Part shown: one piece after another, positions 48,564-59,679 of the stretch
Position numbering within the stretch: the stretch's first letter is position 1
Layout: every line of letters begins with the position of its first letter
Assembly (NCBI GenBank): GCA_963828305.1
Contig: CAWHEJ010000012.1
Location: 117,129-181,128 of the forward strand
Reading direction: 5' to 3'
Source of the DNA: an uncultured delta proteobacterium
GTDB lineage: Bacteria; Desulfobacterota; Syntrophia; Syntrophales; UBA2192
DNA length: 64,000 nt
Notes under the pieces: generated by a model
Seen by the model: the letters and a program-made list of their open reading frames with translations, nothing else
What the model was told of the DNA's origin: nothing
Database searches by the model: none
Translations under genes and position numbers: made by a program

Positions 48564-49264
48564 GCCGGGCGATGGCACCGTCCGTCTCCGTCATCATCCC
48601 CATCCTGGGGGAAACCCGGCCAATCGATTCGCTGATCGATCACCTCTTGCAGACCGCAGACGGCCAACCCGTCGAGATGATCGTCGTCGACGGGAGCCCC
48701 GATGGGGCATCGATCAAGGCCGTTTCCCGCGAAGGCGTGACCCTGCTTGCCGCCCCGACGGGCAGGGCCCGGCAGATGAACGCGGGGGCGGCAGCGGCAA
48801 GGGGGGCTTATCTTCTCTTCCTCCATGCCGACACCCTCCTTCCGCCAGGGGCCTTCCGGCGCATCGAAGAAACCCTCTCGGAGGGCGATTGCGTGGCCGG
48901 GGCCTTCGACCTGCGCTACAACTCGGAGCGGCCGTCGATGCGGTTCATCGCGCGGGTGGCCTGCATGAGATCGCGCCTCACGCGAATCCCCTACGGCGAC
49001 CAGGCCCAATTCTTCCGGAGGGACTATTTCGAGAAGCTCTGCGGGTTTGCGGACATCCCCTTGATGGAGGACGTGGAGATCATGCGCCGCATCAAGGATC
49101 GCGGAGACCGCATTTCCATTCTGCCCGAGGCCGTGGTAACATCGGCGCGCCGCCACGAGAAGGAAGGCATCGCCTTCTGCACGCTGAGAAACTGGACGAT
49201 CATCACTCTCTACCTGCTGGGGATGTCGCCGGAGCGGCTGGTGCGCTTCTACAAGAACCACTGA
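48560..49264 (+). CDS. family 2 glycosyltransferase (TIGR04283-type)
   Basis: VSVIIPILGE N-terminal GT-A motif and a DxD-like HAD/ED region. 4-nt overlap with the upstream gene. Confidence 0.7.
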   Translation: MSRAMAPSVSVIIPILGETRPIDSLIDHLLQTADGQPVEMIVVDGSPDGASIKAVSREGVTLLAAPTGRARQMNAGAAAARGAYLLFLHADTLLPPGAFRRIEETLSEGDCVAGAFDLRYNSERPSMRFIARVACMRSRLTRIPYGDQAQFFRRDYFEKLCGFADIPLMEDVEIMRRIKDRGDRISILPEAVVTSARRHEKEGIAFCTLRNWTIITLYLLGMSPERLVRFYKNH

Positions 49265-49274
49265 AAGGGCCTTC

Positions 49275-49985
49275 ATGCAAAAAAAGCCGGTCACTGCCGG
49301 GGCGCAAGGGAAGGACATCTTGAAGCTGGTCCTCTTCGCGGCGGTTGTCCTTTCGCTGATCGTTCTTGCCCGCCTCTTCGGGCTGGGTGACAGGCTCTTG
49401 GAGCTTCGCGACTGGATTGCGGGCATGGGCAACCTGGGGATGGTGGCCTTCGTGGCCCTCTATATCGTGGCCGTCGTGGCCGCCGTGCCGGGGCTGCCCA
49501 TCTCGATCGCCGGGGCGGCCATCTTCGGGGCCCTGAAAGGGGTGATCCTGGTGAGCATCGGCTCCACCCTGGGCGCGAGCCTTGCCTTCCTGATCGCCCG
49601 CTACCTCGCCCGGGACGCCATCTATGGCCGGCTCTCGGGAAACGAGAAGTTCCAGCGCCTCGACCGTCTGACGGAGCAGCACGGGGCCATGATCGTCGCC
49701 ATCACCCGCCTCGTGCCCCTGTTTCCCTTCAATCTGCTGAACTACGGCTTCGGGCTCACGCGGGTGCCCTTTCCGACGTACGCCTTCTGGTCCTGGCTCT
49801 GCATGCTCCCGGGGACCATCGTCTACCTGGTGGGGACTGACGCCATCGTCAGCGCAGCCACAACCGGTGAGGTCCCCTGGCTCATCGTGGGGGTCTTTGT
49901 TGCCGCCCTGGTGGTCGTCATCCTGGCCGTGCGCATCGCAAGCGGCAAATTGAAGGAAAAGGAAAAAGCCCAAGCACAGAAATGA
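49275..49985 (+). CDS. TVP38/TMEM64 (DedA-type) family membrane protein
   Basis: FPFNLLNYGFGLTRVPF signature. Multi-TM. Confidence 0.75.
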   Translation: MQKKPVTAGAQGKDILKLVLFAAVVLSLIVLARLFGLGDRLLELRDWIAGMGNLGMVAFVALYIVAVVAAVPGLPISIAGAAIFGALKGVILVSIGSTLGASLAFLIARYLARDAIYGRLSGNEKFQRLDRLTEQHGAMIVAITRLVPLFPFNLLNYGFGLTRVPFPTYAFWSWLCMLPGTIVYLVGTDAIVSAATTGEVPWLIVGVFVAALVVVILAVRIASGKLKEKEKAQAQK

Positions 49986-50027
49986 GAGAGAAAAGTACGC
50001 AGATGCCGCCTTTCACGCTTATCTTGA

Positions 50028-50055
50028 CACGCTACACGCTACACGCTGCACGCTG
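50028..50055. repeat. tandem heptamer array CACGCTR x4
   Basis: cacgcta cacgcta cacgctg cacgctg lies downstream of the DedA stop. Confidence 0.6.
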
Positions 50056-50124
50056 CCGGCGTTCATTTAAGGATGGCCGGTCGCTTCCAATTGAACAGTC
50101 GGCAGACACCCATGGAGGCACACC

Positions 50125-51138
50125 TTGCTTCTAGCCGGCGACATCGGGGGCACAAAGCTTCACTTCGGCCTCTTTTCGAAAGAAAGGGGGCTCCGCAGGC
50201 CCCTGGCAGAGGCCGTCTACCCCAGTTCCGATCACGACAGCCTCGGGGGCGCCGTCAACCGCTTCCTCGGTGAGACGCGCCGCCGCGCAACGAAGGCCGT
50301 CTTCGGCGTTGCCGGGCCGGTATTCGAGGGAAAGTCGCAGATCACGAATCTCCCCTGGGTGATCGACGAGGGTCTCCTGCTGGAGTCCCTGAAGATGAAG
50401 TCCGTGAGGGTTATCAACGACGTGGAGGCCATCGCCTCCTTTGTCCCCTTCCTTCGCGCGGAGGATGTCATCACCCTTCGGGAAGGGATGCCCGTGCGCC
50501 ACGGCGTCAAGGCCGTGATCGCCCCCGGGACGGGCCTGGGCGAGGCATGGCTCGCCTGGGACGGAAAGCAGTACCGGGCCTATCCCTCCGAGGGGGGGCA
50601 CGCCGACTTTGCGCCGGCAGCGGAGCTCGAGAATGACCTGCTGGCAACTCTGCGCGGCCTCCACGGCCACGTGAGCTACGAGCGGGTCTGCTCGGGAATC
50701 GGGATCGTGAACATCTACAATTTCCTGAAGAAAAGCGGAGTTGCCGCTGAACCGGCCTGGCTCGCCCAAAGGCTGAGCCAAGAGGCCGACCCCGTCCCGG
50801 TGATCGTCGAAAAAGCGCTTGACCGGGAAACTCCCTGTGATATCTGTGTCAGGACGCTCGGCCTTTTCGCCTCCATCCTGGGGGCCGAGGCGGGCAACAT
50901 GGCCCTCAAGATCCTGGCCACGGGAGGCATCTACCTCGGGGGAGGGATACCGCCGCGGATTCTCCCATTTCTCGAAAAAGGACAATTCACGGAGGCGTTC
51001 CTCCGGAAGGGACGGATGCGGGATCTCGTCGCGCGGATCCCCGTTCACGTCATCACCAATCCGAAGACGGCACTCCTGGGAGCGGCCGCACAGGGGCTCA
51101 GACCCAAAGCACAAGCGAGGAGCAGATCATCAAGATGA
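50125..51138 (+). CDS. glk: glucokinase
   Basis: [17 protein letters not shown]-terminal ROK/Glk motif. TTG start 6 nt after GGAGG. Stop overlaps the tkt start. Confidence 0.8.
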   Translation: MLLAGDIGGTKLHFGLFSKERGLRRPLAEAVYPSSDHDSLGGAVNRFLGETRRRATKAVFGVAGPVFEGKSQITNLPWVIDEGLLLESLKMKSVRVINDVEAIASFVPFLRAEDVITLREGMPVRHGVKAVIAPGTGLGEAWLAWDGKQYRAYPSEGGHADFAPAAELENDLLATLRGLHGHVSYERVCSGIGIVNIYNFLKKSGVAAEPAWLAQRLSQEADPVPVIVEKALDRETPCDICVRTLGLFASILGAEAGNMALKILATGGIYLGGGIPPRILPFLEKGQFTEAFLRKGRMRDLVARIPVHVITNPKTALLGAAAQGLRPKAQARSRSSR

Positions 51139-53174
51139 GTCAAACCGACACCCTTTGCATCAACACCATCCGCATGCTTGCCGTCGACGCCATCGAGAAG
51201 GCGAAATCGGGCCACCCGGGCCTGCCGCTGGGTGCGGCCCCGATGGCCTACGTCCTGTGGACGCGGCACCTGCGATTCACCCCGGCAAACCCGCGCTGGC
51301 CCAACCGCGACCGCTTTGTCCTGTCCGCCGGGCACGGCTCCATGCTTCTCTATGCGATGCTCCACCTGACGGGCTACGAGCTGCCTCTTGCCGAGATCAA
51401 GAAATTCCGCCAGTGGGACAGCTTGACGCCCGGGCACCCCGAGCGGGGGCAAGACGGGGTCGAAGTCACCACGGGTCCCCTGGGGCAGGGGATCTCGAAT
51501 GCCGTGGGGCTTGCCATCGGCGAGGCCCACATGGCGGCCCGTTTCAACCGGGAAGGGTTTCCCCTCGTCGATCACTATACATATGTTCTTGCCAGCGACG
51601 GCGACCTGATGGAAGGGGTTGCAAACGAGGCCTGCGCCCTGGCCGGCCATCTGGGCCTGGGCAAGCTCATTGTCCTGCACGATGACAACCGGATTACCCT
51701 GGCGGGCAGCACGAACCTCTCCTTCACCGAGGACCCTGCGAAGCATTACGAGGCCTGCGGCTGGCATGTTCAAACCGTGAACGACGGCAACGACATCGAC
51801 GCGATCGATGCGGCCATCGAGGCCGCAAAGAAGGAGACCGGCAGGCCGTCGCTGATCTGCGTGCGGACGATCATCGGCTACGGCTCGCCCCACAAGCAGG
51901 GGTCCTACGAATCCCACGGCTCGCCCCTCGGCCCCAGGGAAACCGAGGAGACCAAGAAAAATCTCGGCTGGCCGCTGGAGCCCGCATTCCATGTGCCCGA
52001 AGAGGCACAAAAGGTTTTCTGCGAGGCCCCGTCGAGGGGAAAGCAACTCGAAGGCCGGTGGTCCGGCATGCTCATCCAGTACGAGAAGGCCTTCCCGGAA
52101 ATGGCCGACGAGTTCAAGCGGCGCCAGGCCGATCTCCTCCCGAAAGGCTGGGACAGGGGGCTTGCCGAGTACCCCGCGGGCAAATCCGTCGCCACCCGCA
52201 AGGCCTCCGAAGAGATCATGCAGGTCCTCGGGAAAAACATCCCCGAGCTGATCGGCGGCACGGCCGACCTCAACAATTCCGTCTTCGCCTGGCTCAAAGG
52301 CATGGGCGACTTCCAGAAACCCGGCGAAAAGCCCGCCGGAGTGCAGGGCGCCGCCGGAGGCGAGTGGGGCTGCGGGGGCCGCAACATCCACTTCGGGGTG
52401 CGCGAGCATGCCATGGGCTCGATTGCCAACGGGCTTGCAGCCTATGGCGGCATCCTGCCCTTCACGGGGACCTTCTTCGTCTTTTCGGACTACATGCGGC
52501 CGCCGATCCGGCTTGCCGCCATCTCGCAGCTCCACGTCCTGTTCATCTTCACCCATGACAGCATCGGCGTGGGCGAGGACGGCCCCACCCACCAGCCCAT
52601 TGAACAGCTCATGGCCCTGCGGGCCGTGCCGAACCTGACGGTCCTGCGGCCGGCCGATGCCAACGAGACGCTTGCCGCATGGAAGGTGGCCCTGCAGCGC
52701 CGCAACCCCACGGTCTTTGTCTTCTCGCGGCAGAACCTGCCGATCCTCGATGCCTCGAAATACCCCGTCGCCGACGGGGTGAGCCGCGGGGCCTATGTGC
52801 TTGACAGCGGGGGCGACAACCCGGACATCGTCCTCATCGCCACGGGCTCCGAGGTGTCACTCGCCCTGCGGGCGGCCGACGAGCTTGCGGCCAGGAAGGT
52901 GCGCGCCCGCGTCGTCTCCATGCCCTCCTGGGAGCTCTTCAGGGAGCAGGGACAGGGCTACCGCGACGCCGTGATCCCGCCGGAAACGAAAAAGCGCCTG
53001 GCCATAGAGGCCGGGGCGACACTCGGCTGGTGGCGCTGGGTGGGCGACGAGGGCGACGTGATCGGCCTGGATCACTTCGGGGCCTCGGCGCCGGGAGACG
53101 TGCTCATGGAGAAGTTCGGCTTCACCGTGGAGAACGTCGTGAACAGGGCACTGAAGCTGCTTGGAAAAGAATAG
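51135..53174 (+). CDS. tkt: transketolase
   Basis: TPP motif [25 protein letters not shown] and the [17 protein letters not shown] signature. Confidence 0.9.
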   Translation: MSQTDTLCINTIRMLAVDAIEKAKSGHPGLPLGAAPMAYVLWTRHLRFTPANPRWPNRDRFVLSAGHGSMLLYAMLHLTGYELPLAEIKKFRQWDSLTPGHPERGQDGVEVTTGPLGQGISNAVGLAIGEAHMAARFNREGFPLVDHYTYVLASDGDLMEGVANEACALAGHLGLGKLIVLHDDNRITLAGSTNLSFTEDPAKHYEACGWHVQTVNDGNDIDAIDAAIEAAKKETGRPSLICVRTIIGYGSPHKQGSYESHGSPLGPRETEETKKNLGWPLEPAFHVPEEAQKVFCEAPSRGKQLEGRWSGMLIQYEKAFPEMADEFKRRQADLLPKGWDRGLAEYPAGKSVATRKASEEIMQVLGKNIPELIGGTADLNNSVFAWLKGMGDFQKPGEKPAGVQGAAGGEWGCGGRNIHFGVREHAMGSIANGLAAYGGILPFTGTFFVFSDYMRPPIRLAAISQLHVLFIFTHDSIGVGEDGPTHQPIEQLMALRAVPNLTVLRPADANETLAAWKVALQRRNPTVFVFSRQNLPILDASKYPVADGVSRGAYVLDSGGDNPDIVLIATGSEVSLALRAADELAARKVRARVVSMPSWELFREQGQGYRDAVIPPETKKRLAIEAGATLGWWRWVGDEGDVIGLDHFGASAPGDVLMEKFGFTVENVVNRALKLLGKE

Positions 53175-53299
53175 ATCGAAAAGGACTTTGATTTCGAATC
53201 CTGTTTGTGATGTACTGAAAACAAGTTAAGGCTCTCCCGATAAAGCCAAACCCTTCGCAAGGAGGGGACGGAAAGCGGCGGGTCTTGGAACGAAGATGG

Positions 53300-53343
53300 C
53301 CGAGCTGCCGGAGGAGAACCCTTCGGTGCGCTCGGTTTTTTTA
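53300..53343 (+). terminator. rho-independent terminator candidate after tkt
   Basis: Stem ccgagc/gctcgg encloses an inner hairpin and is followed by ttttttatt. Confidence 0.45.
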
Positions 53344-53370
53344 TTCAACGTGCAGACAGGGGATGGACAC

Positions 53371-54663
53371 ATGGCTCAACAACAAACCCCTTCAACCTTT
53401 GACGCCATCGTAGTCGGTTCAGGGCCCGGGGGAGCCACAGTCACGCGGGAGCTTGCGCGGGCAGGGAAAAATGTGCTGCTGCTCGAATGGGGGGGCAGAC
53501 CTGAAATCCGGGGCAGCTTTATCCAGCTCGCGAGCATGGTGCGCCGGCCCGGCAGAGGCGTCCTGGTCACCCCCGACGGTCTTGCCTTGTTCCGTAATAT
53601 CACCACGGGAGGCTCCTCGATGTCTTACTATGCGACGGCCTGGGAGCCGCCCGTTGAAGCGTTGAAGCGTTACGGAATCGATGTTTCGAGGGAGCTGGAG
53701 GAGATCCGGAGCGAACTGCCCATCAACGTCCTTACAGACGAGTTGATCGGACCGTTTGCCCGACGAATCACGGATAGTGCCCGGGATCTCGGTTACGATT
53801 GGGACAAGTTCCGGAAGTTCGTATACCTGGAAAAGTGCAGACCGGACTGCGACAAATGCATTTACGGATGCCCGCACGGCGCCAAGTGGACGGCACGGAT
53901 GTACGCGGAGGAGGCCGTCGGATCGGGTGCGACGCTTCTGAACGGGGCGCGGGTGACGCAGGTCCTCGTGCAAAACGGAAAGGCCGTCGGGGTTGAGTTC
54001 CGGATGAACGGTGAGGAACAAAAGGCCCTGGCGCCACAAGTCGTGCTGTCTGCCGGGGGAATCGGTTCGCCCGTTATCCTCAGGGCGAGCGGGATCAGGG
54101 CAGCCGGCCGGGACTTCTTCTTCGACCCGCTGATTGGCGTCTTCGGTACGGCAAAGGGGATCAGGGGCGGCCGTGAATTCCCCATGGCGACGGGCTGTCA
54201 TTTCGAGGAGGAGGGCTACATCCTGTCGGACTACAACCTTCCGGCGCCTCTCTACATGGCCTTTGCCTGCGAGGTCCTTCGATTCGACCGCGCCTTCTCC
54301 CACTCCCGCACCCTCCAGATCATGGTCAAGGCCAGGGACCCCCTCGGGGGACGGTTGACGGATCGGGGCGGGGTGAGGAAACGGCTGTCCGCGGCAGATA
54401 AAGACCGGCTGCATCATGGCTGCGAGAGGGCGAAGGACATTCTGAAACATGCAGGGGCAAAGAACATCTTCAGGAGCGGGTACATCGCGGCCCATCCTGG
54501 AGGCACGGTTAAGATCGGCGACCTGGTGGACTCCGATCTCCAGACGGAAATCGAGAACCTCTACGTCTGCGACAGCTCCGTCATCCCGGCTGCCTGGGGC
54601 CTGCCGCCCGTCTTCACGATTCTCTGCCTGGCCAAGAGGCTCGCAGGACATCTCTCCGCATGA
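53371..54663 (+). CDS. GMC-family FAD-dependent oxidoreductase
   Basis: FDAIVVGSGPGGATVTRELA and a GMC C-terminal region (CDSSVIPAAWGLPPVFTILCLA). Confidence 0.7.
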   Translation: MAQQQTPSTFDAIVVGSGPGGATVTRELARAGKNVLLLEWGGRPEIRGSFIQLASMVRRPGRGVLVTPDGLALFRNITTGGSSMSYYATAWEPPVEALKRYGIDVSRELEEIRSELPINVLTDELIGPFARRITDSARDLGYDWDKFRKFVYLEKCRPDCDKCIYGCPHGAKWTARMYAEEAVGSGATLLNGARVTQVLVQNGKAVGVEFRMNGEEQKALAPQVVLSAGGIGSPVILRASGIRAAGRDFFFDPLIGVFGTAKGIRGGREFPMATGCHFEEEGYILSDYNLPAPLYMAFACEVLRFDRAFSHSRTLQIMVKARDPLGGRLTDRGGVRKRLSAADKDRLHHGCERAKDILKHAGAKNIFRSGYIAAHPGGTVKIGDLVDSDLQTEIENLYVCDSSVIPAAWGLPPVFTILCLAKRLAGHLSA

Positions 54664-54852
54664 AAGCGGCGATGGGTGTGCTTGTGTTCCGCATGCGGAT
54701 TGTGTATAAATAAAAGTGTGTCGATAAACCTGCCTTTCCTTTTGAAGATACACTTGGGGAATGTCGACAAGCGTCCCTTTTCCGTCCCGGATCGAAACGA
54801 ACCTACCGCTCTCTAATGCCCGTTGCGCCCGTCTTGCTCAAGGAGGGGCCCC

Positions 54853-57642
54853 ATGAGCAGAATCAAGGAATTAAACAAGCTCGGCCAGTCCGTCTGGCTC
54901 GATTTCATCCGCCGCTCGCTGATCACCTCCGGCGAGCTGGACGCCCTTATCGCCCGGGGCGTCTCCGGCATCACCTCCAACCCCACCATCTTCGAAAAGG
55001 CCATCGCGGGAAGCTCGGATTACGACGAGGCCCTCCGGGAACTCGTGGCCGAGGGAAAATCGAATGACGAGATCTACCTGGCGCTCGTTCTCGACGACAT
55101 CCGGCGGGCCGCTGATTTCTTCCGGCCGGTCTGGGACGCCACGGGGGGCACCGACGGCTATGTGAGCCTCGAGGCAAACCCGAAGCTCGCCTCTGACACC
55201 GAGGGGACCATCGCCGAGGCGAAAATGCTCTTCAAGGCCCTCGACCGGCCCAACGTGATGATCAAGGTCCCCGCCACGGCGCAGGGGGTTCCGGCCATCG
55301 AGGCCCTCATCGCCACGGGCGTCAACGTCAACGTGACGCTCATCTTCTCGCTGGCTCACTACGAGGCCGTGGTCCGGGCCTACATCGCCGGCCTCGAGAA
55401 GCTGGCCGCCAGGGGGGGCAATCTTCGCAAGGTCGCCTCCGTGGCCTCCTTCTTCGTGAGCCGCATCGACACGGCGGTGGACAAAAAACTCCAGGCCCTC
55501 GGGAATCAGGGCCTCCAGGGAAAGGCGGCGATCGCCAGCGCGAAGCTGGCCTACGACCGCTTCCGTGCGATATGCTCCTGGAAGCGCTGGGAAAAGCTCG
55601 CAGGCCAAGGGGCCCGCGTGCAGCGGGTCCTCTGGGGGAGCACGGGCACCAAGAACCCGCGCTACCCGGATACGCTCTACGTCGACGAGTTGATCGGACC
55701 CGACACGGTGAACACCCTGCCGCCGGCCACCCTCGAGGCCTTTCTTGACCACGGAAAGGCTGCCCCGACGCTGCGCAGGGGCGTGCGGGAGGCCAGGCAG
55801 GTTTTTAACGGAATCGAAAAGCTGGGCATCCACCTGGACGGAATCACCGAGGAGTTGCAGCGCGAGGGCGTGCTTGCCTTCGAGACTTCCTTCGATGCGC
55901 TGATGACAAGTATCCGCTCCAAACGGGACGAGATCCGGGCGGGATGGAAGCCCGAGTCCACCGAGGCCGGCACCTTCCGCGGGCAGATTGACGAAGCCCT
56001 CATCGGACTTCGCAAGGACCGCATCCTGGACCGCATCTGGGCGAAGGACCACACCGTCTGGAAACCCGATCCGAAGGAGATCGCCAATCGCCTCGACTGG
56101 CTCACGAGTGCTTCCGACATGATGGAGCGCCTCGACGAGATCGAGGCCTTCGCGAAGGGCGTACGGTCTGACGGTTTCACCCAGGTGCTGCTCCTGGGGA
56201 TGGGCGGCTCGAGCCTCGCCCCGGATGTCTTCGCGAAGACCTTCGGCAGCGAACCCGGGTGGCCAACGCTTGCCGTCCTGGACAGCACCGACCCGGGCGC
56301 CGTGTTTCGCCGCGCGGGAGAGCTCGACCCGGCAAGGACCCTCTTCATCGTCTCTTCGAAATCGGGGACGACCGTCGAGATCCTCTCGTTTTTCAAGTTC
56401 TTCTATAACTGGACCTGCGAGCGGCTCGGAAAGGAAATGGCGGGCGGACGCTTCGCGGCCATCACTGACCCCGGATCGAAACTCGAGGGGTTGGCACAAA
56501 AGTATGGTTTCCGCCAGGTCTTCCTGAACGACCCGGACATCGGCGGCCGCTTCTCGGCCCTGTCCTTCTTCGGCCTGGTGCCTGCGGCGCTCACCGGTTT
56601 CGATATCAGGAAACTTCTCGAGCGGGCCATGACGATGGCCGCCAACTGCGATGCCGCCAACTGCCCCGTGACGGGCGACAACCATGGAGCAAGGCTCGGC
56701 GCTTACCTGGGAAGGCTCGCACAACTCGGCCGCGACAAGCTCACCCTGATCACCTCGCCCTCGATCCAGCACTTCGGCGACTGGGTGGAGCAGCTCATCG
56801 CCGAGAGCACCGGGAAGGAGGGCAAGGGCATCCTGCCCGTACTCCGCGAGGCCCCGGGCAAGCCCGACGTCTACGGGCCGGACCGGCTCTTCGTGGGGTT
56901 GGAGGCGGCGGGGGAGCCGCTTCGCGCAACGTTCCTCCGGTCCCTGGAGGATGCGGGCCACCCCGTGGAGATATTGCGCCTCCATGACCCTTATGACCTG
57001 GGCGGGCAGTTCTTCCTCTGGATGATGGCCACCGCCGTGGCGGGCCGGTTCCTGGGCATCAACCCCTTCGACCAGCCCGACGTAGAGGCCGCCAAGGCGG
57101 GCGCCCGCGAGGCCGTGGAAGCCTACAGGACAAGCGGCAGGCTTCCCGAGGAGAAGCCGGCCTTGAGCTACGGCGGCGTCGACGTGTACGGCAGCGTGAA
57201 GGGGAAGGACACGGTGAGCGCCCTGGAGGGATTCCTGGAAGATGCGGCGCCGGGGAGCTACATCGCCGTCATGGCTTACGTAAACGCTTCGGACGAGACG
57301 GACATCCTGCTGCAGGTCTTCCGCACGAGGCTGCGCGACCGCTACCGGGTCCCCGTGACCGTGGGTTACGGCCCCCGCTTTCTCCACTCGACAGGACAGC
57401 TCCACAAGGGCGACGGCGGGCGGGGGCTCTTCATCCAGATCACGGCGGACGGCGAAGAGGACGTCCCGATCCCCGACGCGCCGGGGGCGGCGGCGTCTTC
57501 GATCACCTTCGGGACCCTCGAGGCGGCCCAGGCCATGGGCGACCGGCAGGCCCTTCTGGGGAGAGGGCGCCGGGTCATCCGGCTCCACCTGGGCCCCGAT
57601 ATCGTCGGAAGGCTGGCTCTTTTGACAGAAGGGATTCTCTGA
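54853..57642 (+). CDS. bifunctional transaldolase / glucose-6-phosphate isomerase fusion
   Basis: N-terminal transaldolase (QSVWLDFIRRSL...TSNPTIF, KVPAT). The C-terminal PGI (LGMGGSSLAPDV, sugar-isomerase signature) gives 929 aa. RBS AGGAGG. Confidence 0.9.
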   Translation: MSRIKELNKLGQSVWLDFIRRSLITSGELDALIARGVSGITSNPTIFEKAIAGSSDYDEALRELVAEGKSNDEIYLALVLDDIRRAADFFRPVWDATGGTDGYVSLEANPKLASDTEGTIAEAKMLFKALDRPNVMIKVPATAQGVPAIEALIATGVNVNVTLIFSLAHYEAVVRAYIAGLEKLAARGGNLRKVASVASFFVSRIDTAVDKKLQALGNQGLQGKAAIASAKLAYDRFRAICSWKRWEKLAGQGARVQRVLWGSTGTKNPRYPDTLYVDELIGPDTVNTLPPATLEAFLDHGKAAPTLRRGVREARQVFNGIEKLGIHLDGITEELQREGVLAFETSFDALMTSIRSKRDEIRAGWKPESTEAGTFRGQIDEALIGLRKDRILDRIWAKDHTVWKPDPKEIANRLDWLTSASDMMERLDEIEAFAKGVRSDGFTQVLLLGMGGSSLAPDVFAKTFGSEPGWPTLAVLDSTDPGAVFRRAGELDPARTLFIVSSKSGTTVEILSFFKFFYNWTCERLGKEMAGGRFAAITDPGSKLEGLAQKYGFRQVFLNDPDIGGRFSALSFFGLVPAALTGFDIRKLLERAMTMAANCDAANCPVTGDNHGARLGAYLGRLAQLGRDKLTLITSPSIQHFGDWVEQLIAESTGKEGKGILPVLREAPGKPDVYGPDRLFVGLEAAGEPLRATFLRSLEDAGHPVEILRLHDPYDLGGQFFLWMMATAVAGRFLGINPFDQPDVEAAKAGAREAVEAYRTSGRLPEEKPALSYGGVDVYGSVKGKDTVSALEGFLEDAAPGSYIAVMAYVNASDETDILLQVFRTRLRDRYRVPVTVGYGPRFLHSTGQLHKGDGGRGLFIQITADGEEDVPIPDAPGAAASSITFGTLEAAQAMGDRQALLGRGRRVIRLHLGPDIVGRLALLTEGIL

Positions 57643-57643
57643 C

Positions 57644-57712
57644 AGGTTCGAGGTCCGAGGAACGAGGACCGAGGAAAATCCTCGAGCCTCGAACCTCGTT
57701 CCTCGAGCCTCC
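57644..57712. repeat. GGA-rich heptamer array (MCGAGGA x4) forming an imperfect large palindrome
   Basis: ggttcgaggtccgaggaacgaggaccgagga...cctcgaacctcgttcctcgagcc contains a 12-bp inverted repeat cgaggaacgagg/cctcgttcctcg. Confidence 0.55.
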
Positions 57713-57784
57713 TCCTGCATGACGCGATCACAACGAAATCCGTAAAGAGGCAAATTAACGATACGGCACGGCAAGGAGGGTCCT

Positions 57785-58519
57785 ATGGGCGTCGATGCTG
57801 CAGAGCTGAAAAAACAGGCGGCGGCCTATGCCGTCGATCTCGTTCAATCGGGAATGATCGTCGGGCTCGGCCACGGCAGCACGGCGATCCATGTCGTGGG
57901 ACTTTTGGCGGAGAAACTGAAGGCCGGTCAACTCAAGGATGTCATCGGCGTGCCCAGCTCCTACCAGGTCGAGGAGGAGGCCATGCGGTTCGGACTGCCC
58001 CTCAGGACACTCGACGAAAACCCCACGATCGACCTGACCATCGACGGGGCCGACGAGGTGGACCCGCAGCTCAACCTGATCAAGGGGGGCGGAGGGGCGC
58101 TGCTGCGCGAGAAGATCATCGCGCAGGCCAGCCGGCGGGAGATCATCGTCGTCGACGAGGCCAAGCTCACGCCCGTCCTCGGCCGGAAACGCTGCGTGCC
58201 CGTGGAGGTGATCCCCTTCGGGTGGAAATCGCAGGTGATGTTCCTCGAATCGCTGGGCGCAAAGGTGACCATGAAGCGCAACGCCGACCGAAGCCCCTTC
58301 AACACGGACTGCGGAAACTGGCTTTTCGAGTGCAATTTCGGCCCCATCGAGAGGCCCCACATCCTTGCCGAGAAGATCAAGAACCGCGCCGGGATCGTGG
58401 AGCACGGGCTCTTTCTGGGCCTCGCCTCGGACGTGGTCGTCGCCGGCGTCGGCGGCATCCGGCACCTCAAGCGCGGCGAGGGCGGGATCTCGCCGAGCGA
58501 TTTCGGGAAGGAGTTTTGA
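57785..58519 (+). CDS. rpiA: ribose-5-phosphate isomerase A
   Basis: MIVGLGHGSTA, DGADEVD and KGGGGALLREK motifs. RBS AAGGAGGG. Confidence 0.9.
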   Translation: MGVDAAELKKQAAAYAVDLVQSGMIVGLGHGSTAIHVVGLLAEKLKAGQLKDVIGVPSSYQVEEEAMRFGLPLRTLDENPTIDLTIDGADEVDPQLNLIKGGGGALLREKIIAQASRREIIVVDEAKLTPVLGRKRCVPVEVIPFGWKSQVMFLESLGAKVTMKRNADRSPFNTDCGNWLFECNFGPIERPHILAEKIKNRAGIVEHGLFLGLASDVVVAGVGGIRHLKRGEGGISPSDFGKEF

Positions 58520-58520
58520 A

Positions 58521-58572
58521 AAGGATAGAAGCGCGGAATAGCAGAAGATCGGAAGAGCGGATAACGGACCAA
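58521..58572. repeat. GGA-rich 8-bp-period array (6 GGA motifs)
   Basis: aaggatag aagcgcgg aatagcag aagatcgg aagagcgg ataacgga lies immediately after the rpiA stop. Confidence 0.55.
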
Positions 58573-58673
58573 CCTATCTGTTTTGTTTTTCTGATCCGAT
58601 CTTCCTGACTTCTGAGCTTCTTAACTTCACGTTCACATGGCGCCAGGCCGCCTCGAAGCAACGGGATTGCAAT

Positions 58674-59585
58674 ATGGAAATCGCAGTGATCGGACTGGGA
58701 CGGATGGGGGCGAATATCGCCCGGAGGCTCGCCCGTGGCGGGCACCGCGTGGTGGTGTTCAACCGCAGTGAGGCGAAGGCCCTCGAACTGGCGAAGGAAG
58801 ACCCGCGCATCGAGGCGGTACCCTCTCTTGCCGAAATCGCAAAGAAACTCAAGCCGCCGCGCCGCGCCTGGGTCATGGTCCCCGCGGGCGAAGCCACGGA
58901 CGAGATGATTGCGGATCTCACGGGAATCCTCTCCCCGGGGGACGTGATCATCGACGGCGGGAACTCGAACTTCCGCGATTCCATGCGGCGGGCCGAAGAG
59001 ATCAAGCGCAAGGGGCTCCACTTCGTCGACTCGGGTACGAGCGGCGGGATCTGGGGCCTCACCGAGGGCTACAGCATCATGGTGGGCGGCGAGAAGCCCG
59101 TCGTGGAGGGGCTCCGCCCCGTTTTCGAGACGCTGGCGCCGGCGCCGGATCGCGGCTGGGGGCACGTGGGGCCGGCAGGCTCCGGGCACTTCGTCAAGAT
59201 GGTCCACAACGGCATCGAGTACGGCCTTATGCAGGCATTCGCCGAGGGCTTCGAGATCCTCAAGGCCCGCAAGGACTTCGACCTCGACCTGCACCAGGTG
59301 GCCGAGATCTGGCGCTCGGGGAGTGTTGTGCGCTCCTGGCTCCTCGACCTCATCGCCGAGAGCCTCTCGGAAGACCGGGAGCTGAGCGGGATCAAGGGCT
59401 GGGTGGCCGACTCCGGCGAGGGCCGCTGGACGGCCTTCGAGGCAATCAACGAGGATGTACCGGCCCCCGTGATCACGCTGGCCCTCATGATGCGCTTTGT
59501 GAGCCGCCAGGACGAGAGCTACGCAGCAAAGCTTCTGGCCGCCATGCGCAACAAATTCGGGGGACACGCAGTGAAGACGAAGTGA
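58674..59585 (+). CDS. gnd: 6-phosphogluconate dehydrogenase, short (YqeC/Gnd-like) form
   Basis: IAVIGLGRMGANIARRL Rossmann motif and the 6PGDH signature region. 303 aa. Confidence 0.8.
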   Translation: MEIAVIGLGRMGANIARRLARGGHRVVVFNRSEAKALELAKEDPRIEAVPSLAEIAKKLKPPRRAWVMVPAGEATDEMIADLTGILSPGDVIIDGGNSNFRDSMRRAEEIKRKGLHFVDSGTSGGIWGLTEGYSIMVGGEKPVVEGLRPVFETLAPAPDRGWGHVGPAGSGHFVKMVHNGIEYGLMQAFAEGFEILKARKDFDLDLHQVAEIWRSGSVVRSWLLDLIAESLSEDRELSGIKGWVADSGEGRWTAFEAINEDVPAPVITLALMMRFVSRQDESYAAKLLAAMRNKFGGHAVKTK

Positions 59586-59625
59586 AAGAAGTGACTGATA
59601 GACACTTAGACACTCAAGCACTTTT
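59586..59625. repeat. octamer arrays (GTGA-type then GACACTYA x3), CACTCAGA family
   Basis: gtgaaagaagtgactgata gacactta gacactca agcacttt. Confidence 0.55.
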
Positions 59626-59679
59626 TCTGCCGACACGCTGTCTCTCTGTTGAACAGCAACAAACTTGTTTGAGGAAAGA

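Noticed and set aside
53296-53370. Upstream extension of the GMC oxidoreductase ORF (MAELPEEN...)
   Set aside because: The extension spans the predicted tkt terminator hairpin and T-run. The ATG at 53371 follows it.
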